Assembly: GCA_043822785.1 (NCBI GenBank)
Contig: JBDRBN010000132.1
Span: 1-31,313, forward strand
Length of the DNA: 31,313 bases
Direction of reading: 5' to 3'
From: Pseudomonadota bacterium
Lineage (GTDB): Bacteria > UBA10199 > 2-02-FULL-44-16 > JAAZCA01
The notes beneath the pieces were generated by a model. The model saw only the letters and a program-made list of their open reading frames with translations, did no database searches and was not told where the DNA came from. Shown piece by piece: positions 25,626-31,313 of this stretch (positions within the stretch are counted from its first letter, which is position 1; every line of letters starts with the position of its first letter). The position numbers were made by a program, and so were the translations under genes.

Positions 25626-26536
25626 TGTCGCGTTTGATCAGATATATCGCTTATATAGCGCTTTTCTTCGCGTGTTTTGCGATCTTCTTATATTGGGTGT
25701 TTCCCTACGATGTTCTTAAAGATCGCATACTCAATGATGTAGAGAGCCAGCTTGGCAAGGGGCTGCAGGTCTCAGCAGATCGTCTCGAACCATATTGGTT
25801 TTCAGGCATCGATATAAAAAATCTTAGGATAGAGGGGGTTGGAGAGCACGGCATAGTTGATCTTCTGAAGTTCAGTCGCGTGCGTGCCCGCGCGTCTCTC
25901 GTGCCACTTATTTTTGGCAGCATACGTTTAAAATTCGGATTGGATATAGGAAAGGGAGAGCTTTCTGGTTTTGCCAAGGTGGGCGAGGACACAATATCTT
26001 TGGATTTGGATATAGACGATCTAAATTTGTCGGATTTTGCATTCATTCAGGAGCGGACGGGGCTTAAGGTGATGAGCAAGATCGATGGCAACGTGGAGTT
26101 GGAAATTAATCGGCAACAGCCAGCCCGAAGCGCAGGCAGCATGCAGCTCACATTTGCCAATTTGGGCATTGGCGCTTCAGAACTCAAGGTAGGAGATCTA
26201 GCTCTTGAGATGCCTGATCTGGTATTAGCAAAAGGACGAGATTCGCAAATAAAACTTACGCTGAGTAAAGGCGCAGCTACCTTTGAAAAATTTAATTTAG
26301 CAGAAGGGGATCTTTTGGTCGATCTCAAGGGCAAGATGTTTCTATCCAGCAAATTTGCCAACTATCGTCTAAATCTCAGGGGAAAGTTCAGCACTTCACA
26401 AAAGCTAAACGAAGCACTTCCGTTTCTGTTCATAGTGGATTCGCAGAAACAGGAAGATGGCAGCTATCCGCTCATCATCACAGGCAGGATCTCACGCCCA
26501 TCGATCAAGATCGGCACATTCACGTTACCGCTATGA
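25625..26536 (+). CDS. gspN: Type II secretion protein N (deltaproteobacterial type)
   Basis: TM followed by FPY, beta-rich body, C-terminal G...P; TGATG coupling to gspM. Confidence 0.85.
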   Translation: MSRLIRYIAYIALFFACFAIFLYWVFPYDVLKDRILNDVESQLGKGLQVSADRLEPYWFSGIDIKNLRIEGVGEHGIVDLLKFSRVRARASLVPLIFGSIRLKFGLDIGKGELSGFAKVGEDTISLDLDIDDLNLSDFAFIQERTGLKVMSKIDGNVELEINRQQPARSAGSMQLTFANLGIGASELKVGDLALEMPDLVLAKGRDSQIKLTLSKGAATFEKFNLAEGDLLVDLKGKMFLSSKFANYRLNLRGKFSTSQKLNEALPFLFIVDSQKQEDGSYPLIITGRISRPSIKIGTFTLPL

Positions 26537-26550
26537 ACCCAAAACAAAGA

Positions 26551-26625
26551 CGGATGGTGGATGATGGACAAGAAACCGACGTGCTGAGGATTTACTGGTC
26601 ACTGGTTACTAATCACTAGTCACTG
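26551..26625. repeat. Two non-complementary heptamer arms between convergent genes
   Basis: ggatggt ggatgat ggac on plus after gspN; AGTGACT/AGTAACC units on minus including the hydE TAG. Confidence 0.65.
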
Positions 26626-27728
26626 ATCTTAAAATGTGGCGCATCTCCCCACTGGTTGAAGCCTACCCTTTCGCCTATGGCCTCAACCCTCCTGATAAGA
26701 CAGTCGCCACAGGTTTTTGAGTCCTCATCGACACAAGGTTTATTGTCGTAGAGCTTGTAGTAGGACCTGTATCTCGTATCCGTGATGTTAGGCATTATGA
26801 TATTCGCGCCGGCCTTAAGGCCCATTTCCCTGCCGAAATCGTCTAAAACCTGAAGGGCTGTGGTCGAGGCGATGTTTACATCCTTAAGATAAATCCTTGT
26901 AGTGGCGATCATCTTTAGACAGAGCTTAAAGAGCGATATCTTCTGGTCTTCAAAATCGCTCTTGGCGCAAGCCAAAGGTGTGTCTGAATGTGGAATGAAA
27001 GGGCCCATGCCGATCATATCAATGTCCATGTGTTTGAAGAAAATGATATCGTCAGCCAAATCTTCGATGCTCTGCCCGGGCAGGCCGATCATCACGCCGC
27101 AGCCAACCTGATAACCTATGGATTTTAATGCTAGAAGCGATGAAAACCTTGTTTCAAAAGTTTGTTCTTTAGCATGCAGCTTTTGATAGAGCCCCTTGTT
27201 GGAAGTCTCAATCCTGAGCAGATATCTGTGTGCTCCTGCTTCAAACCACCTTCTGTAAGTCTCAATGCTTTGCTCGCCAAGCGACAGCGTGATCCCCAAC
27301 TTGCCAGAGGAAATCATTTTGATCTGCAAGACCAGGCGTTCGACAAAGGAGATAAATTCCTTGTCTGTGCGCTCGCCGGATTGCAGTACTATGGAACCGT
27401 ACTGTTGCTCATGACATCGCTTGGCTGCAAATACGATTTCCTCCTCGCTCATCGAATATCTTTTGATCTTATCGTTGCTCTTCCTGATTCCGCAATAGAA
27501 ACAATCATTTTTGCATTTATTGCTGAACTCGACGATGCCGCGTAGATAGACTTTATCTCCGACGTAACGCCTTTTCACTCCATATGCTGTTTTATAAAGT
27601 CTATGAAGCTCAGACTCCTTCATTATCGAGAGAAGTTCGATGAGGTCATCTCGGGTGAGGATTTCCTCGTGGGTCTTTACGAATATCGATGATCGGAGAT
27701 TGGGCATCGGATTTGGTTTATCGGTCAT
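26616..27728 (-). CDS. hydE: [FeFe]-hydrogenase maturase HydE-like radical SAM protein
   Basis: LRGIVEFSNKCKNDCFYCGIR, YLLRIET, GMGPFIPH.DTPL, GANIIMPN, Y.LY..K.C-x7-C-x2-C. Start at ATG 27728 is inferred. Confidence 0.85.
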   Translation of the reverse strand: MTDKPNPMPNLRSSIFVKTHEEILTRDDLIELLSIMKESELHRLYKTAYGVKRRYVGDKVYLRGIVEFSNKCKNDCFYCGIRKSNDKIKRYSMSEEEIVFAAKRCHEQQYGSIVLQSGERTDKEFISFVERLVLQIKMISSGKLGITLSLGEQSIETYRRWFEAGAHRYLLRIETSNKGLYQKLHAKEQTFETRFSSLLALKSIGYQVGCGVMIGLPGQSIEDLADDIIFFKHMDIDMIGMGPFIPHSDTPLACAKSDFEDQKISLFKLCLKMIATTRIYLKDVNIASTTALQVLDDFGREMGLKAGANIIMPNITDTRYRSYYKLYDNKPCVDEDSKTCGDCLIRRVEAIGERVGFNQWGDAPHFKISD

Positions 27729-28041
27729 CGTGAGACTTTTCTTCATATAAGACCTCTCCAGGTCTTATAAAGCCAAGCTCAGAGCGTATAATCATCTCAA
27801 GATTTTCAGGATTTTTGAGGACCTGTCGTTCTTGCGAGAGCTTGTCTATCTCTTCATTTATTCTTGCTCGTTCAGTCATGAGACGGTGCTTCATTTCAAT
27901 GAGGCGTCTGAACTGATATATGCCTTGGTCACCAAGAACCAAAAACCAAAGGAGTGCTACTATGGCTGTGATCACAGCAATCCTGATGGGCGTGATGACC
28001 TGAAGGAGATGAACTCTTATCTGTGATATCGAATTTTTCAT
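27718..28041 (-). CDS. Septum formation initiator family (FtsB/DivIC-like)
   Basis: TM-GDQG, coiled coil, IRSELGFIRPGE. Confidence 0.88.
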   Translation of the reverse strand: MKNSISQIRVHLLQVITPIRIAVITAIVALLWFLVLGDQGIYQFRRLIEMKHRLMTERARINEEIDKLSQERQVLKNPENLEMIIRSELGFIRPGEVLYEEKSHDDR

Positions 28042-28073
28042 CTCAATGATGCCCGAGGTTTGCTGCGGGCTTT

Positions 28074-28117
28074 CCTTTACCCTCTCCCTTGAGGGTAGAG
28101 GGTAGGGTGAGAGGGTG
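28074..28117 (-). repeat. REP-like CCCTCTCACCCTACCCTCT...GGGAGAGGG hairpin
   Basis: Minus strand CACCCTCTCACCCTACCCTCTACCC-TCAA-GGGAGAGGG just after the ruvB stop. Confidence 0.7.
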
Positions 28118-28122
28118 ATCCA

Positions 28123-29157
28123 CTATTTGAAAAATTCGCTCTGATCAGGAGCCTTGTACTCGAGGCCGAAGTGTTCATAGGCCAGCTTCGTAGCTACACG
28201 TCCTCTTGACGTTCGGTTAAGGTAGCCACATTGGATGAGATAGGGTTCGTACACGTCTTCTATCGTATCCTTCTCCTCGTTTATAGCGGACGATATGGTA
28301 TCGATGCCAACTGGCCCTCCTTCGAATTTCTGAATTATCGTCATGAGGATGGTCCGATCCATATGATCAAAACCTTTTTCGTCTACGTCAAGGAGGGCCA
28401 GCCCTCCTTGCGCGACGTTCTTATCGATCTTTCCTTCGGCCTTCACATCTGCGAAGTCACGCACTCTGCGAAGCAGGCGATTTGCGATGCGCGGAGTTCC
28501 GCGGGAGCGCCTTGCTATCTCGGTGGCGCCATCAGCATCTATGGTTACGCTGAGTATGTTTGCTGACCGTTCGACGATTTTCTTGATGTCCGGAGAAGGA
28601 TAAAAGTCGAGCCTTGCGGTTACGCCAAACCTATCGCGCAGAGGAGAGGTCAAAAGGCCTGTGCGTGTCGTCGCTCCAACGAGAGTAAAGCGCGGCAAAT
28701 CGAGTTTTATAGTCTTTGCCGATGGGCCTTGTCCTATGAGGATATCAAGCTGAAAATCCTCCATAGCTGGATAGAGTATCTCTTCAACGACGTGGTTGAG
28801 CCTATGGATCTCGTCTATGAACAGCACAGATCGATCTTGAAGGTTTGTGAGTATAGCTGCAAGATCGCCAGGGCGCTCTATCACCGGCCCTGATGTGGTT
28901 GTGATATTTACCCCTAGTTCGCGAGCTATTATGTATGCGAGAGTTGTTTTACCCAAACCAGGAGGGCCGGAAAAAAGCACGTGGTCTAGGTTGTCTCCTC
29001 TTGCCTTGGCTGCATCTATAAAGATGCTAAGGCGTTCCTTTACGCGCATTTGACCTATGTATTCTTCAAGAGTTTGCGGACGCAGGCCTGCTTCGGCTTT
29101 ACGCTCGTCAGGGGACAGCTGTTTTGCCAAGATAGTTTCATTGCGCTCTGTATTCAT
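28123..29157 (-). CDS. ruvB: Holliday junction branch migration helicase
   Basis: [41 protein letters not shown] overlap with ruvA. Confidence 0.98.
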   Translation of the reverse strand: MNTERNETILAKQLSPDERKAEAGLRPQTLEEYIGQMRVKERLSIFIDAAKARGDNLDHVLFSGPPGLGKTTLAYIIARELGVNITTTSGPVIERPGDLAAILTNLQDRSVLFIDEIHRLNHVVEEILYPAMEDFQLDILIGQGPSAKTIKLDLPRFTLVGATTRTGLLTSPLRDRFGVTARLDFYPSPDIKKIVERSANILSVTIDADGATEIARRSRGTPRIANRLLRRVRDFADVKAEGKIDKNVAQGGLALLDVDEKGFDHMDRTILMTIIQKFEGGPVGIDTISSAINEEKDTIEDVYEPYLIQCGYLNRTSRGRVATKLAYEHFGLEYKAPDQSEFFK

Positions 29158-29747
29158 GCTTTGCATAGCTCCTTAAGCCCTGCTTTTACTGCTTCTTCTA
29201 TTGTAACCTCTTTGTCGATGCCAGCCCTTATCATGACGTTTTCAGCTACTGCTTTTGTATAACCCAGATGGACGAGCGCCGAGATAGCTTCTTCGCGGAT
29301 GGATGCTACACTATTTGCAGGACTTCCTCCTGAGCCTTTCAGATTATCTGGAAGCTTGCCCTTTAGTTCGATTATCATGCGCTGCGCTGTCTTATTGCCA
29401 ATTCCAGGTATGGTTGACAGACGACTGGCATCTGCTGCGCTGATGGTTTCGATGAGATCAGAGGGGGGAAGGCCTGAGAGCACTGCTAGTGCTATCTTGG
29501 GTCCGATACCAGAAATGGCGATGAGTTTGAGAAAGATCTGACGCTCCTCTGGTGAAGTAAATCCATAAAGCACTAGCTGATCCTCGCGCACATATGTGTG
29601 AATGAACATTTTTACGGCGTTGCCAACTTCAGGCAGAGTGCTGAATGTTGAAAACGACACGTTTACGCCATAACCCACGCCACCTACATCGACCACGCAA
29701 TGAGTAGGTTCTTTATGAAGCAATATACCGCTTAGGTGAACTATCAT
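29154..29747 (-). CDS. ruvA: Holliday junction DNA-binding protein
   Basis: GVGY, VRED..LYGF, HhH motifs GIGPK and GIGNK. Confidence 0.97.
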   Translation of the reverse strand: MIVHLSGILLHKEPTHCVVDVGGVGYGVNVSFSTFSTLPEVGNAVKMFIHTYVREDQLVLYGFTSPEERQIFLKLIAISGIGPKIALAVLSGLPPSDLIETISAADASRLSTIPGIGNKTAQRMIIELKGKLPDNLKGSGGSPANSVASIREEAISALVHLGYTKAVAENVMIRAGIDKEVTIEEAVKAGLKELCKA

Positions 29748-29754
29748 AAAAAAT

Positions 29755-29821
29755 AGTGACCAGTGATCAGTTCTTATGGTTTTACGTTTCTAGCGTGTCT
29801 CGCCTTTCTCGCTTGTCTCGC
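29755..29821. repeat. Chimeric spacer: 9-bp arm plus 7-bp arm
   Basis: On minus: GCGAGA units after the ruvC stop, then actgatc actggtc acta before the ruvA ATG. Confidence 0.7.
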
Positions 29822-29823
29822 AA

Positions 29824-30321
29824 CTACACTTGATGCTTCTTAATTTTATTCCTTAGCGCTGTACTATTGCAGTGGCATATTGCCACTGCCAATGCATCGG
29901 AGGCGTCTTCACAAGCTGTCTCAGGTAGCCTAAGAATTGCGCGCACCATGCTTTGTATCTGTTCTTTGCTTGCGCGTCCAGAACCTGTAATAGCTATCTT
30001 TACCTGAGCTGGCGTATATTCCCCGATTTCTATGCCAGAGCTGGCTGCTGCCAGCATAGCCACTCCGCGCACATGTCCTAAGATGAGTGAACTCCTAACG
30101 TTTTTAGCAACAAACACATTTTCGATGGCTACGGCATTGGGGCAAAAACGCTCTATTAATTCTGTAAGCTCATCGTAGATGATTGAGAGTCTTTTGGGGA
30201 ACGAAAGTTTTGCTCTGGGGGCGATGCTGCCGTTATCGATGTGGCGCATGACCCCGCCTTTGTTTTCAAGGATGCCGTATCCTGTGATGTTGCTGCCTGG
30301 GTCAATGCCTAAGACTCGCAT
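29824..30321 (-). CDS. ruvC: Crossover junction endodeoxyribonuclease
   Basis: LGIDPG, AIENVF, G.GRASKEQ, DASDALAVA. Confidence 0.97.
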   Translation of the reverse strand: MRVLGIDPGSNITGYGILENKGGVMRHIDNGSIAPRAKLSFPKRLSIIYDELTELIERFCPNAVAIENVFVAKNVRSSLILGHVRGVAMLAAASSGIEIGEYTPAQVKIAITGSGRASKEQIQSMVRAILRLPETACEDASDALAVAICHCNSTALRNKIKKHQV

Positions 30322-30333
30322 TTTTTATTCAAA

Positions 30334-31077
30334 TTACGCCAGCTTCTCCATAGTTTTGGAATCTATGTCGAAGTTGGCGTATGTGTTTTGTACGTCTTCG
30401 TGTTCATCAAGTGCGTCCATGAGTTTGAGCATCTTCTCTGCGCCAGCTTGATCGAGCTTTACAGTGGTCTGAGGCACCATGCTTAGGCTAGCCTCTATGT
30501 ATTCGAGCCCTTTCTCATTGCAGGCTGTCTTTACCGACTCGAATGTGCATGGATCTGTGATGACTGAGAGCATATCCTCTTCAGTCTTGATATCCTTTGC
30601 TCCAGCCTCGATGACAGTGTTCATGAGTATTTCTTCGCCAATGTCCTTATCGAATGTGAGCACACCTTGCTTTGTAAAGATCCATGCTACGCAACCTGCT
30701 TCACCTAGGTTTCCGCCCATCTTAGAGAACAGATGTCTGAGTTCAGAAACAGTGCGGTTGCGGTTGTCAGTGAGCGTTTCAACCATAACCGCAACTCCTC
30801 CCGGGCCATAGCCTTCGAAGGTTACTTCTTCGTAGCTGATGCCCTGGATCTCGCCTGTACCTTTTTTGATTGCCCTGGTGATATTGTCATTGGGCATATT
30901 GGCTGTACGCGCCTTGTCGACAACTGCGCGAAGCCTGGAGTTGCCATCCGGATCACCGCCCCCGATCCGTGCGGCAACAGTGATCTCTTTGATGAGTTTC
31001 GAAAAGAGTTTGCCCCGTTTGGCATCTGCTGCCCCCTTTTTGTGTTTGATGGATGACCATTTACTGTGACCCGACAT
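30334..31077 (-). CDS. yebC: YebC/PmpR family protein
   Basis: MSGHSKW..IKHKK, EGYGPGG, TDNRNRT; AGGAG RBS. Confidence 0.97.
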   Translation of the reverse strand: MSGHSKWSSIKHKKGAADAKRGKLFSKLIKEITVAARIGGGDPDGNSRLRAVVDKARTANMPNDNITRAIKKGTGEIQGISYEEVTFEGYGPGGVAVMVETLTDNRNRTVSELRHLFSKMGGNLGEAGCVAWIFTKQGVLTFDKDIGEEILMNTVIEAGAKDIKTEEDMLSVITDPCTFESVKTACNEKGLEYIEASLSMVPQTTVKLDQAGAEKMLKLMDALDEHEDVQNTYANFDIDSKTMEKLA

Positions 31078-31098
31078 GCCTACTCCTTGTCTGCATGA

Positions 31099-31150
31099 CC
31101 AGAAGCCAGAAAATCTAACCTCTAGCTTCTGCTTTTATCTAACTTCTGCT
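31099..31150. repeat. Degenerate AGAAGC/CTTCT heptamer array
   Basis: ccagaag ccagaaa atctaac ctctagc ttctgct ... ; same family as 10046 and 16061. Confidence 0.65.
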
Positions 31151-31202
31151 TTCTTGTAAAGAGATGACATAACGCCTGTCGTGCCCAAGTCAATATGTCA
31201 GG

Positions 31203-31313
31203 TTAATGCCCAAGCGATAATGTCAGGGTGGGCGAATGTGCAGCTAGGGCTGCCGAATTAATAGGAATGATCGGAACCATTTCCGGATCAATCCCAGGTT
31301 TTCTAAAATAGGC
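31203..31313 (-). CDS. Possible C-terminal end of an upstream gene
   Basis: 36 open codons from the window edge (AYFRKPGIDPEMVP...) to TAA; no recognisable motif. Confidence 0.3.
   Translation of the reverse strand, partial: AYFRKPGIDPEMVPIIPINSAALAAHSPTLTLSLGH

Noticed and set aside
12615..26536. Type IV pilus or Tad system
   Set aside because: Order C-D-E-F-G-H-I-J-K-L-M-N, GspG/GspK motifs and the absence of pilT indicate a T2SS. The missing prepilin peptidase is commonly encoded elsewhere.
26616..27728. Biotin synthase BioB
   Set aside because: YLLRIET, GMGPFIPH and the C-terminal Y.LY..K.C motifs fit HydE; BioB's YNHNL motif is absent.

Overview
A chromosomal window from what is probably a deltaproteobacterial-type organism (inferred from the gspC-N layout with a PilM-like GspL). 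From left to right: the 3' end of an unknown gene; a minus-strand five-gene operon (CDP-alcohol phosphotransferase fused to a degenerate NTP-transferase domain, HAD hydrolase, stand-alone nucleotidyltransferase, UPF0104/LPG-synthase-type membrane protein, class II aldolase) with a divergent radical SAM gene, probably making an unusual lipid head group; a 71-aa polyproline lipoprotein; a Na+/Pi cotransporter with a long N-terminal extension; tRNA-Thr(CGU), tRNA-Leu(CAA) and a split duplicate of the tRNA-Leu 5' half; rpoZ; an orphan GAF histidine kinase; a 12-gene type II secretion operon (gspCDEFGHIJKLMN); and, converging on it, yebC-ruvC-ruvA-ruvB-ftsB-like-hydE. The most striking unexplained structure is non-coding. 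Most spacers hold an array from one of several families of 7-bp or 9-bp tandem repeats. These are usually arranged as inverted arms, are polarised relative to the flanking genes, and in two cases share loop sequences between distant copies in opposite orientation. Several REP-like palindromes are also present, two of which interrupt the tRNA copy precisely. All calls come from reading the sequence by eye; no searches were run.
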